Below, one piece after another: positions 54,501 through 63,020 of a stretch of DNA of 64,000 nucleotides. The DNA lies in assembly GCA_015068245.1 (NCBI GenBank), contig SVKU01000005.1:14847-78846 (forward strand), written 5' to 3'. The translations under genes and the position numbers were made by a program. The DNA is from Oscillospiraceae bacterium (lineage in GTDB: Bacteria; Bacillota; Clostridia; Oscillospirales; Oscillospiraceae). Numbering within the stretch: the stretch's first letter is position 1; each line of letters starts with the position of its first letter. The notes under the pieces are model-generated. The model was not told the origin of the DNA, did not search any database, and was given only the letters and a program-made list of their open reading frames with translations.

Positions 54501-55454
54501 ATGAAAGCTTTTACTATAAAAAAGAACGACGCCGACCAGCGGCTTGACCGTTTTGTTGCCAAGTCCGTGCCGTCGCTTCCCTCTTCCCTGCTGCAGAAAT
54601 ATATCCGCTTAAAGCGTATCAAGGTCAACGGCAAAGGCAGCAAGCGTGATTACCGTATGGTGGAAGGCGACCTGGTTGAAATGTACATCAACGATGAGTT
54701 TTTTGAGCAGCCCTCGGAAGAAAACGCATATCTTAGAGTGGAGAAGCCCGGGGTTGACATAATATACGAAGACGAGAACATTCTGCTGGCCGATAAGCGT
54801 CCGGGTCTTGTGGTTCACCCCGACGAAAACGAAAAGCAGAATACGCTCATAACCCACATTCAGTCCTACCTTTACCAAAAGCGTGAATGGCGTCCCAGAG
54901 AGGAAAATTCTTTCACCCCGGCACTGTGTAACCGCATCGACCGCAACACCGGCGGCATTGTTATTTGCGCCAAAAATGCAGAAGCTTTGCGCATAATGAA
55001 CCAGAAGATAAAGGACAGGGAGATGGAGAAGTATTACCTTTGCATCGTCCACGGCAAAATGACCCCTGCCGAGGGCAAACTGGAAGGCTTCATTTTTAAG
55101 GACGAGGTGAAAAAACAGGTTTACGTAACGCAGAAACCTCAGCCCGGTGCCAAGACCGCTGTTACCCTGTATAAGACCCTGAAAACCAACGGCAAGCTGT
55201 CGCTGCTGGAGTGCGAGCTGATAACAGGCCGCACCCACCAGATACGCGCCATGTTTGCTTCTGCAGGCCACCCCCTTCTGGGTGACGGCAAGTATGGCAA
55301 TCAGGCCAAGGACAAGCCTTACGGCAGAAAGTATCAGGCACTGTATTCCTATCGCCTGAAGTTTGCTTTCACCACCGATGCCGGTGCGCTGGAATACCTC
55401 AACGGCATGGAGTTCCGGGCGCCAAAGGTGGACTTTGAGGATATGTATTTTTGA
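54501..55454 (+). CDS. RluA family pseudouridine synthase
   Basis: S4 domain, catalytic NRIDRNTGGIVI, and GRTHQIR. Start re-called to the ATG at 54501 after SD AGGAG. The track ATG at 54468 abuts the repeat. Confidence 0.88.
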   Translation: MKAFTIKKNDADQRLDRFVAKSVPSLPSSLLQKYIRLKRIKVNGKGSKRDYRMVEGDLVEMYINDEFFEQPSEENAYLRVEKPGVDIIYEDENILLADKRPGLVVHPDENEKQNTLITHIQSYLYQKREWRPREENSFTPALCNRIDRNTGGIVICAKNAEALRIMNQKIKDREMEKYYLCIVHGKMTPAEGKLEGFIFKDEVKKQVYVTQKPQPGAKTAVTLYKTLKTNGKLSLLECELITGRTHQIRAMFASAGHPLLGDGKYGNQAKDKPYGRKYQALYSYRLKFAFTTDAGALEYLNGMEFRAPKVDFEDMYF

Positions 55455-55561
55455 TGGAATGCTGTCAAAACCGACGCTGAAAACGACAGTTGAGACGCTG
55501 ATATGTATAATTCAGCCGTTTGGTATTGCGGATTTGGAAATGTGAGGTATGATTGCAATAG

Positions 55562-55647
55562 GCTCTCCCTTTGGGAGAGCTGTTATCGAAGATGACTGAG
55601 AGGGCCCTCTCCGGCGACTTTGTCGCCACCTCTCCCAGAGGGAGAGG
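55562..55647. repeat. four consecutive hairpins built from the word CTCTCCC/GGGAGAG
   Basis: gctctccc-ttt-gggagagc (55562-55580), gagaggg-ccctctc (55598-55611), ggcgac-ttt-gtcgcc (55613-55627), and cctctccc-aga-gggagagg (55629-55647) followed by cttttcg. Confidence 0.75.
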
Positions 55648-55678
55648 CTTTTCGAAAATCTTACAAGGAGGTATCACC

Positions 55679-56683
55679 GTGGACGACAACAAGAACAAGC
55701 TGGCCTCTCTGGGTAAGCACATGACAGACAGCGCAAACCTGCTGAATCCCGAAGATAAATATCTCCCCGAAGGCATTGACGGAATAAAACGCACTCATGC
55801 CAACACCACCAAATATCATGCAGCCGCCATGGCCGTTTCCGATGCGGCAGACGATACTCATGTTACTTATTCCGACGAAGAGCTGAAATACAAAATGTCC
55901 GCCAAGCAGTTTCTTGTGGCCATTCTAATAACGGCAGTGCTGATAGGTATTCTCCAGCTGATCCCCTTTGCCGCTGAACTGATTTATCCCGATTTTGTCG
56001 AAAACACTCAGTATGAGTTCGATACAAAAGCCAACGTTGCCTACAATGTATCCTATCTGGAATCTCTGGGCATTGACATGGACGTTGCCGCAGTGGATGA
56101 GCCTATTACCTTTACTTACCGAAACAGCATCGGCCCTATAAAGGCCATTTTCGGGAACAAATGGATTTCCATCCATGCGGTCAGAAGCTTTGGAAACATG
56201 ACAATCTTGTCAAACGGCGACGAGATAAGCTGCAACTTCCGTTCCTATCCCGCTCCCTCCGGGACAGGAAATTCAAGCCGCTATGTTGTTATAACCGTCA
56301 ATGGCAAGGAAGTAAGAGGTTATATTTCAGAAAAGAATCTGCTGCAGCTGTACAAAACCGCTTTGAAACGCAACGACCTGAAAGACGAGTTCAAAAAAGA
56401 AAGCGGCATGCTTTTTATGAACGCCTCACTGCGCAAAGAGCTGACAAAGGCAGACAGGCAGATTTTTGAAAAAGGCATCTACCGCCCTTACGGTTATCCA
56501 TATCATACAGAAAAGCTTGACGTCACCTGCAATTATCTCAGTATCGCAGCCTTCTTTGTTGTCCTCATTGCCTTTACCGCCGTGAACCTGATGCGCAAAA
56601 AGAAAGCCAACGACGCTTATCTGAAAAAATGGAACGAGGAAAGCAAACGCCGCTGGGAAGAAAAACAGTTGAATAAGGAATGA
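55679..56683 (+). CDS. hypothetical membrane protein
   Basis: GTG at 55679, 7 nt after SD AAGGAGG. Two predicted TM segments (..FLVAILITAVLIGILQLIPF.. and ..IAAFFVVLIAFTAVNLM..). The track TTG at 55571 lies inside the hairpin cluster. No family recognised. Confidence 0.6.
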   Translation: MDDNKNKLASLGKHMTDSANLLNPEDKYLPEGIDGIKRTHANTTKYHAAAMAVSDAADDTHVTYSDEELKYKMSAKQFLVAILITAVLIGILQLIPFAAELIYPDFVENTQYEFDTKANVAYNVSYLESLGIDMDVAAVDEPITFTYRNSIGPIKAIFGNKWISIHAVRSFGNMTILSNGDEISCNFRSYPAPSGTGNSSRYVVITVNGKEVRGYISEKNLLQLYKTALKRNDLKDEFKKESGMLFMNASLRKELTKADRQIFEKGIYRPYGYPYHTEKLDVTCNYLSIAAFFVVLIAFTAVNLMRKKKANDAYLKKWNEESKRRWEEKQLNKE

Positions 56684-56720
56684 AATAAGACTCCCTCTGA
56701 TGAGCAATATCATTAAGTTA

Positions 56721-56832
56721 AGCTGTCATCTCGAACGCCGACCTTGTCGGCGGAGAGATCCCCATCTTAAGAAGGGGATTTCTCCCTCGCTCCGGTCAGC
56801 AAGCTGACCGACCTCGGTTCGAAATGGCAGCT
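56721..56832. repeat. cloverleaf-type intergenic element, copy A5 (best preserved)
   Basis: Arms agctgtcatctcgaac / gttcgaaatggcagct. Hairpins are gccgac-cttg-tcggc, ggagagatcccc-N9-aggggatttctcc and ggtcagc-aa-gctgacc. Confidence 0.85.
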
Positions 56833-56890
56833 TCTTCTTATCTTAATATCATTGCTCTGATGATGGGGCTTTTCGCTTTCTCCCTTGGCT

Positions 56891-56925
56891 TTATCTATTA
56901 ATTATTCATTATTATCTATTAATTA
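56891..56925. repeat. AT-rich heptamer array (21-nt super-period)
   Basis: TTATCTA TTAATTA TTCATTA TTATCTA TTAATTA. It shares an exact 20-mer with 29615-29634. Confidence 0.8.
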
Positions 56926-56972
56926 TACATATCCATACATCAAAATTTGTACCCCTAAATACAGTATTATTA

Positions 56973-57001
56973 TTGACAAAATGTGCAAAACAATATAATA
57001 T
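56973..57001 (+). promoter_or_regulatory. candidate sigma-A promoter of potABCD
   Basis: TTGACA (56973-56978), 17 nt, TAATAT (56996-57001), leaving a leader of about 90 nt. Confidence 0.5.
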
Positions 57002-57098
57002 TCAATCATAACATGGAACCCGTCCGCCCTGCGGTTGGGAAATCGGTTCATCAGGGTGTCGGATGACCTTCGGCGCCTGCATCTGAGGAGGAGGATAA

Positions 57099-58139
57099 AT
57101 GTCCAAAGAGCTCATACGCCTGCGCAACTGCGTTATGGCGTTTGACGGTGAAGTTGTTTTAAACAATATCAATCTGTACATCAACGATCATGAATTCCTT
57201 ACTCTGCTGGGTCCCTCGGGATGCGGCAAAACTACCACGCTCCGCATACTTGGCGGTTTTGAGACCCCCACCTCCGGCGACGTGCTTTTCGACGGCGTAA
57301 GGATAAATGATGTTCCGCCGCATAAGCGGCATATAAATACGGTATTTCAGAAGTACGCTCTTTTTACTCACATGAATGTTTATGACAACATAGCATTCGG
57401 TCTGCGCATCAAAAAGGTGCCGGAGGACGAGATCAAAAAGAGGGTCAGTGAAGTATTGTCATTAGTCAACCTTCCCGGCTATGAAAAGCGTATGGCCACC
57501 GCCCTTTCGGGTGGTCAACAGCAGCGAATAGCCATCGCCCGGGCCATAGTGAACAATCCCCGGGTACTTCTTTTGGACGAACCTCTGGGTGCTCTCGACC
57601 TGAAGCTCCGCAAGGATATGCAGGTGGAACTAAAGCGTATCCATGAGCAGGTGGGCATCACCTTTATTTACGTCACCCACGATCAGGAGGAAGCACTGAC
57701 CATGAGCGATACCATCGTTGTTATGAACGGCGGTGTTATCCAGCAAATAGGCTCTCCCGTGGATATTTATAACGAACCGAAGAACGCTTTCGTTGCCGAC
57801 TTTATCGGCGAAAGCAACATCATCGACGGCGTTATGGAACGTGATCTGGTGGTCACCTTTGCCAAGCACACCTTCGACTGCCTCGACTCCGGATTTGGCG
57901 AAAACGCCCCGGTAGACGTGGTAGTGCGTCCCGAGGACATCAAGCTGGTAGCTCCCGACAAAGGTCAGCTGACAGGCATTGTCCGTTCCGTTACGTTCAA
58001 AGGCGTCCATTACGAAATGGTTATCGAGTCCGACGGTTACGACTGGCTGGTCCATTCCACCCTGTGTGAGCCCGTAGGCACTCTTGTGGGTATGTATTTG
58101 ATCCCCGATGACATACATATCATGAAAAAGGGAGGTTGA
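57099..58139 (+). CDS. potA: spermidine/putrescine ABC transporter ATP-binding protein
   Basis: Walker [10 protein letters not shown], signature LSGGQQQR, Walker B LLLDEPL, and a C-terminal TOBE-like domain. Confidence 0.93.
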   Translation: MSKELIRLRNCVMAFDGEVVLNNINLYINDHEFLTLLGPSGCGKTTTLRILGGFETPTSGDVLFDGVRINDVPPHKRHINTVFQKYALFTHMNVYDNIAFGLRIKKVPEDEIKKRVSEVLSLVNLPGYEKRMATALSGGQQQRIAIARAIVNNPRVLLLDEPLGALDLKLRKDMQVELKRIHEQVGITFIYVTHDQEEALTMSDTIVVMNGGVIQQIGSPVDIYNEPKNAFVADFIGESNIIDGVMERDLVVTFAKHTFDCLDSGFGENAPVDVVVRPEDIKLVAPDKGQLTGIVRSVTFKGVHYEMVIESDGYDWLVHSTLCEPVGTLVGMYLIPDDIHIMKKGG

Positions 58140-58145
58140 CCGCCA

Positions 58146-58958
58146 ATGAAAGGTAAAGCGATCGCCATCCCATACACCATATGGATGGCGATTTTCGTTG
58201 TTGCGCCTCTTGTGCTGGTGGTCATCTATGCATTTACCACCGCCGACGGCGCATTTACGCTGGAGAATTTCAGCCATATGGGTGATTACACCACCGTTTT
58301 CGTAAAAAGCTTTCTGTTGGCGCTGATAGCTACTGCCATTTGTCTGCTGATCGGCTATCCCTTTGCCTACATAATCACCAAACAGTCCGAGGTTTTTAAG
58401 CAGGTTGCCATGCTGCTTATCATGCTGCCCATGTGGATGAACTTTCTGCTGCGCACCTATGCATGGATGTCCATTCTTGAAAACAACGGTCTGCTGAACA
58501 GGCTGCTGAGTTTTATCGGTCTGCCAACCATCAGCATAATCAACACAGACGCTGCCGTGGTGCTGGGTATGGTATACAATTTCCTGCCTTTCATGGTTCT
58601 GCCTATCTATTCCGTTATCGACAAGATAGACAAAAGCGTCATCGAAGCCGCTCAGGACCTGGGTGCCAATTCCGGCATGGTGTTCCGCAAGGTCATCTTC
58701 CCTCTTTCCCTGCCCGGTGTTCTTTCCGGCATAACCATGGTGTTTGTGCCGTCGGTTTCCACCTTTATAATTTCCAAGCTGCTGGGCGGCGGTTCCAGTC
58801 TGATGCTGGGCGACCTTATTGAAATGCAGTTCCTCGGCAATGCTTACAACCCCCACCTTGGCTCGGCCATAAGCCTTGTGATGATGGTCATTGTTATCAT
58901 CTGCATGGCTGTGATGAACCGCTTCGGCGACGGAGAAAGTGAGGCGGTGCTGCTGTGA
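58146..58958 (+). CDS. potB: spermidine/putrescine ABC transporter permease
   Basis: 6-TM BPD_transp_1 permease with an EAA loop (IEAAQDLGAN). Confidence 0.9.
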   Translation: MKGKAIAIPYTIWMAIFVVAPLVLVVIYAFTTADGAFTLENFSHMGDYTTVFVKSFLLALIATAICLLIGYPFAYIITKQSEVFKQVAMLLIMLPMWMNFLLRTYAWMSILENNGLLNRLLSFIGLPTISIINTDAAVVLGMVYNFLPFMVLPIYSVIDKIDKSVIEAAQDLGANSGMVFRKVIFPLSLPGVLSGITMVFVPSVSTFIISKLLGGGSSLMLGDLIEMQFLGNAYNPHLGSAISLVMMVIVIICMAVMNRFGDGESEAVLL

Positions 58959-59806
58959 AAAAGTCCGGTATCCTTTCCAAAATATTCATCGGTCTTGTTT
59001 TCCTGTTTCTCTACGCTCCCATCGCCGTGCTGATAGTTTTCTCTTTCAACGCTTCCAAAAGCCGCACCGTTTGGGCAGGCTTTACCCTGGACTGGTACGT
59101 TGAACTGTTTTCCGACTCTGCGGTAATGGAAGCCTTTGGCACCACCATTCTGGTGTCCGTTCTGGCCGCCATTATTGCCACCGTTCTCGGAACCGTAACG
59201 GCAGTGGGTCTGAACCAGATGGGCAAACGCTCCCGGAATTTCCTGCTGGGGGTCAACAACATCCCGGTAATGAACTCCGAAATAATCACCGGCGTATCGC
59301 TGATGCTGCTGTTTCTGACCATCGGCAACGTACTGCGCACACGGCTGGGTTTCGGCACCCTGCTGCTGTCCCATATCACCTTTGACACGCCTTACGTTAT
59401 CCTGTCGGTCATGCCCAAGCTGCGGCAGATGGACAAAAACATGTTTGAAGCAGCTCAGGATCTGGGCGCCACAAAGATACAGTCATTTTTCAAGGTGGTG
59501 CTGCCTCAGATACGCTCCGGCGTTGTCAACGGTATGCTTATCGCCTTTACCCTTTCGCTGGACGATTTCGTTATCAGCTACTTCACTTCCGGCACAGATG
59601 TGCAGACCCTGTCCATGCTGATCTATTCCATGACAAGAAAGCGCATCAGCCCGAAGATAAACGCACTTTCGACCATATTGTTCGTGGCAGTGCTTGCACT
59701 TCTGGTTATCGTTAACGTCCGCCAGTTCCGTCAGGAAAAGGCTCAGGCGAAAAAAGAAGCTGCGCTGGATCCCGACATCCCTGATATTGAACCGGAGGAA
59801 ATATGA
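58955..59806 (+). CDS. potC: spermidine/putrescine ABC transporter permease
   Basis: 6-TM permease with an EAA loop (FEAAQDLGAT). It overlaps potB by 4 nt. Confidence 0.9.
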   Translation: MKKSGILSKIFIGLVFLFLYAPIAVLIVFSFNASKSRTVWAGFTLDWYVELFSDSAVMEAFGTTILVSVLAAIIATVLGTVTAVGLNQMGKRSRNFLLGVNNIPVMNSEIITGVSLMLLFLTIGNVLRTRLGFGTLLLSHITFDTPYVILSVMPKLRQMDKNMFEAAQDLGATKIQSFFKVVLPQIRSGVVNGMLIAFTLSLDDFVISYFTSGTDVQTLSMLIYSMTRKRISPKINALSTILFVAVLALLVIVNVRQFRQEKAQAKKEAALDPDIPDIEPEEI

Positions 59807-59807
59807 A

Positions 59808-60851
59808 TTGAAGAAAGTATCCTGTATTGTTCTTGCCGCAGCTATGCTGCTTGCTGTACTTTCCGGCTGCTCCTCTGACAGCGGAGAAAAGAGAGTAGTC
59901 AACGTATACAACTGGGGCGAATACATCGACATGGATGTGCTGGACATGTTTGAAGATCAGACCGGCATTGAAGTCAACTACAAGACCTTTGAAAACAACG
60001 AAGCCATGTACGCTGTGCTCAAGTCCGGCGGCGCCAATTACGACGTTGTCATCCCCTCCGATTACATGATTTCCCGCATGATCGACGAGGATATGCTCCA
60101 GCCCATCAATTTTGAAAATGTCCCCAACTACGACCTGCTGGATGAAAGCTATCTCGGTCTGGAATTCGACCCCGACAATACCTATTCCGTGCCCTATACC
60201 TGGGGTACCGTAGGTCTTATCTACAACACCACCATGGTGGGCGAGGAAATAACCAGCTGGAAAAGCCTGTTTGACGAAAAGTACGCAGGTCAGATCCTGA
60301 TGTTCGACAACTCCCGCGACGCTTTCGGCATAGCTCTGAAGATTCTGGGCTACAGCTTCAATACCACCGATGAATCTCAGATAAACGAAGCCTACGATCT
60401 GTTGGAGCAGCAGAAGCCTCTGGTTCAGGCATATGTAATGGACCAGATATTCGACAAAATGTGCGGCGGTGAAGCTGCCATAGCCCCCTACTATGCAGGC
60501 GACTATCTGACCATGGTGGCAGAGAATCCCGACCTTGCCTACTGCGCACCCGTCGAGGGCGCCAACATCTTTGTTGACAGCATGTGTATTCCCAAAAGTG
60601 CAGAGAACAAGGACGAAGCTGAGGAGTTCATCAACTTCATGTGTTCCACCGAAGTAGCTCTGATGAACAGCGAGTTCACCGGCTACGGCACCCCCTCTGC
60701 CGACGCTTACGCTCAGCTGGACGAGGAATCCCGCAACAACACCGTACTGTACCCCACCGATGACGTTATCTCCAATTGCGAATCCTTCCTGAACCTGCCG
60801 GAAGAGATCTTGAAGCTGTATAACGACCTTTGGGTAAAGCTGAAATCCTAA
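59808..60851 (+). CDS. potD: spermidine/putrescine ABC transporter substrate-binding lipoprotein
   Basis: TTG at 59808, 9 nt after GGAGG, gives (M)KKVSCIVLAAAMLLAVLSGC with a lipobox. PotD-like body (..VYNWGEYI..). The track start at 59694 lies inside potC. Confidence 0.9.
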   Translation: MKKVSCIVLAAAMLLAVLSGCSSDSGEKRVVNVYNWGEYIDMDVLDMFEDQTGIEVNYKTFENNEAMYAVLKSGGANYDVVIPSDYMISRMIDEDMLQPINFENVPNYDLLDESYLGLEFDPDNTYSVPYTWGTVGLIYNTTMVGEEITSWKSLFDEKYAGQILMFDNSRDAFGIALKILGYSFNTTDESQINEAYDLLEQQKPLVQAYVMDQIFDKMCGGEAAIAPYYAGDYLTMVAENPDLAYCAPVEGANIFVDSMCIPKSAENKDEAEEFINFMCSTEVALMNSEFTGYGTPSADAYAQLDEESRNNTVLYPTDDVISNCESFLNLPEEILKLYNDLWVKLKS

Positions 60852-60884
60852 AACAAAAGCGCGGCAATGCCGCGCTTTTGTTTT
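60850..60884 (+). terminator. intrinsic terminator after potD
   Basis: aaaacaaaagcgcggc-aa-tgccgcgcttttgtttt. Confidence 0.88.
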
Positions 60885-60891
60885 AGAATAG

Positions 60892-60919
60892 GGGTTAGGA
60901 TTTAGGGATGAGGGGTTAG
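60892..60919 (+). repeat. heptamer array, 4 units, each ending in a stop triplet
   Basis: GGGTTAG GATTTAG GGATGAG GGGTTAG. Confidence 0.75.
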
Positions 60920-60922
60920 CGG

Positions 60923-60950
60923 AAAGCCTTCCCCTTGAGGGGAAGGCTTT
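60923..60950 (+). terminator. second hairpin or terminator downstream of potD
   Basis: aaagccttcccc-ttga-ggggaaggcttt followed by ttc. Confidence 0.5.
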
Positions 60951-60953
60951 TTC

Positions 60954-61008
60954 TTGACACACCTCGAACTTCAAGGTATAATCAAACTATACTTTGAACA
61001 TCGAGGTG
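60954..61008 (+). promoter_or_regulatory. consensus sigma-A promoter overlapped by a 49-bp palindrome (candidate PadR operator)
   Basis: TTGACA (60954-60959), 17 nt, TATAAT (60977-60982). The palindrome is cacctcgaacttcaaggtata-atcaaac-tatactttgaacatcgaggtg (60960-61008), with 18 of 21 arm positions complementary. The right arm includes the padR SD. Confidence 0.6.
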
Positions 61009-61013
61009 TTATT

Positions 61014-61355
61014 ATGAACTTCGACAAAAACCTTATGGGCAGCAGTTCCGAGATGCTGCTGTTGAGTTTGCTCAGCACTCAGGACATGTACGGTTATCAG
61101 ATGATAAAGGAGCTAAAGTCCCGCAGCGACGATTCCTTTGATTTCAAAGAAGGCACCCTCTACCCTATCCTGCACAAAATGGAGAGCAAAGGTCTGGTGC
61201 GTTCCTATGAGCAGGTGGCTGAAAACGGGCGAAACCGCACTTATTATGCCATCACCGACGAAGGTCGGAACAAATATCGGGAGCAGCTTGCCCAGTGGGA
61301 AGAGTTTTCCCGTTCAGTAGACAAGGTTGTTTCCGCTCAGCCTGCTATGGCCTAG
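61014..61355 (+). CDS. PadR family transcriptional regulator
   Basis: MNFDKNLMGSSSEMLLLSLLSTQDMYGYQMIKEL...EGTLYPILHKMESKGLV is the PadR wHTH signature. Start at the ATG at 61014 after GAGGTG. Confidence 0.9.
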   Translation: MNFDKNLMGSSSEMLLLSLLSTQDMYGYQMIKELKSRSDDSFDFKEGTLYPILHKMESKGLVRSYEQVAENGRNRTYYAITDEGRNKYREQLAQWEEFSRSVDKVVSAQPAMA

Positions 61356-61366
61356 GAGGTGCGGCT

Positions 61367-62080
61367 ATGAACACCGAATCCAACAGGCTCATGGAGCTTT
61401 ACATACGCAAGGTGCTTCGGGAAGTACAGGCAGGTAAGCCCACGAAAAACAAGATACGCAGCCAGCTGGAGGACCATATTCTCTGCGCTGTGGAGGATTC
61501 CCATCTGCCGCCGGAAAAGGCAGTCAAGCAGGCGGTGAAAGGTCTTGGCGATCCGATAACCATTGGCAAGGAGTATAACAGAACTTACGCCATACATATG
61601 GGTTTTGCCGACTGGGCAAGGCTGATGGGTCCATGGCTTGTGGCACCACTGTTTGCGCTGGCGTTTATACTTGATCTCATTGAATACAACATTATTTTTT
61701 CATCATGGGTACTGCTGTCAAAATCCGGTCTTTACGCACTGATTACCGGTACTTTTATCGGTGAGCGATTCAGCAAAAAGACACTTTGCATTTACTCTTG
61801 CATTCTGCCGCCGATAGTTTTTCTGGCTGCGGTTGCGGCTGCCCATTATGCCACTTATGTGCTGCACAGCGGAGCTTTTAATGTTTTGCGGATAATGTCC
61901 AGAGATTTGGAAACCATCATCGGAGCAGTTCTGTGGGTATTTATCTTTTCGATGTCCTGCCTGTGGCAATACAGCGAAATAGCTTTCACCACCCACAAAA
62001 GGAAAACCTTTCAAAGCCTGGTGTTGGTGATTCTCGTATCACTGATGTGCGTATTTCTCGGTTTGAGTCTGAAACGCTAA
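61367..62080 (+). CDS. membrane protein with a DUF1700-like N-terminal domain (PadR-associated)
   Basis: ATG at 61367 after GGAGGTG. The N-terminus is (..YIRKVLREV....IRSQLEDHI...GDPITIGKEY), followed by about 5 TM segments. This is the usual partner gene downstream of padR. Confidence 0.65.
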   Translation: MNTESNRLMELYIRKVLREVQAGKPTKNKIRSQLEDHILCAVEDSHLPPEKAVKQAVKGLGDPITIGKEYNRTYAIHMGFADWARLMGPWLVAPLFALAFILDLIEYNIIFSSWVLLSKSGLYALITGTFIGERFSKKTLCIYSCILPPIVFLAAVAAAHYATYVLHSGAFNVLRIMSRDLETIIGAVLWVFIFSMSCLWQYSEIAFTTHKRKTFQSLVLVILVSLMCVFLGLSLKR

Positions 62081-62142
62081 GCAGTCAAACACGTGTCACC
62101 GTGGGCAGCTTCCATACAATTTATATTCAATCCCTTTGTTTT

Positions 62143-62207
62143 GTAGGGAACGGCCTTGACCGTTCCTCCTGCTGACAAAAATCGGAACGGTCAAGGCCGT
62201 TCCCTAC
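62143..62207. repeat. perfect inverted doublet of GTAG-headed hairpins (REPIN-like, C-type)
   Basis: GTAGGGAACGGCCTTGACCGTTCC (62143-62166), a 17-nt spacer, then the exact reverse complement (62184-62207). Confidence 0.85.
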
Positions 62208-62232
62208 GATATAGTTTTCAATCTCAAAAAGC

Positions 62233-62255
62233 GGCGGGAGAAGCCCCCGCCCTAC
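62233..62255 (-). repeat. GTAG-headed hairpin repeat (REP-like singlet, B-type)
   Basis: Minus strand reads GTAGGGCGGGGGCTTCTCCCGCC, one nucleotide shorter than the halves of the doublet at 54394-54464. Confidence 0.75.
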
Positions 62256-62282
62256 ACCTATTACTACTTCAGGAAACAAAAC

Positions 62283-63020
62283 ATGAAAAACTACAAACTT
62301 ACAATACAATATGACGGCAGTCGGTACAACGGCTGGCAGGTTCAAGGAAACACTGACAACACTGTTCAGGGCAAGATTCAAAATGTTCTGAGCCGTATGG
62401 ATGACCGTGAGGTGGAAGTCCACGGTTCCGGCCGCACCGATGCAGGCGTCCACGCCAGAGGTCAGATAGCCAATGTGAAGCTGCAAACCGAACCCACCTG
62501 CGCAGAAATTCTGGCTTACTGCGCCCAATACCTGCCCACGGATATTGCCGTCATCGCCGTTGAGGAAGCCTCGGAACGCTTCCACGCAAGGCTCAATGCG
62601 CAGAAAAAGTGCTACGTTTACCGTATCCACAACAGCCCCGTGCCAAACGTGTTTGAAAGAAAATACCTGTATCAGATGACCGGCTGCTTTGACCTGAATG
62701 CCATGAAAAGTGCCGCACGGCATCTCGTGGGCACCCACGATTTCCGCTCTTTCTGCGGTCTGCGGCGGTTCAAAAAGTCCACCGTCAGGACGGTGTATTC
62801 CATCGACATTGACAAAATCGGTGACGAAATACGCATAACCTATGTTGGCAATGGGTTTCTGAACCTTATGGTCAGAATTATGACAGGCACTTTGGTCGAA
62901 GTGGGTCTCGGTCAGCGAAATGCAGATGATATACCCGCCGTTCTTGCCGCCCTTGACCGCGATGCCGCAGGCATTACCATGCCGCCGGAAGGGCTGTGTT
63001 TGCAATGGGTGGAGTATTAA
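62283..63020 (+). CDS. truA: tRNA pseudouridine(38-40) synthase TruA
   Basis: MKNYKLTIQYDGSRYNGWQVQ... with the catalytic GRTDAGVHA. Confidence 0.95.
   Translation: MKNYKLTIQYDGSRYNGWQVQGNTDNTVQGKIQNVLSRMDDREVEVHGSGRTDAGVHARGQIANVKLQTEPTCAEILAYCAQYLPTDIAVIAVEEASERFHARLNAQKKCYVYRIHNSPVPNVFERKYLYQMTGCFDLNAMKSAARHLVGTHDFRSFCGLRRFKKSTVRTVYSIDIDKIGDEIRITYVGNGFLNLMVRIMTGTLVEVGLGQRNADDIPAVLAALDRDAAGITMPPEGLCLQWVEY

Noticed and set aside
57002-57098. Riboswitch in the roughly 90-nt potA leader
   Set aside because: Some local pairing exists (ccgc-cct-gcgg; ggttcatc/gatgacc), but I recognise no known riboswitch core and no terminator or SD-sequestering helix. The evidence is insufficient.
57630-63005. 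Long minus-strand ORFs (408 aa, 420 aa, 292 aa and others) opposite potA-potD and truA
   Set aside because: Shadow ORFs of confidently identified + strand genes.
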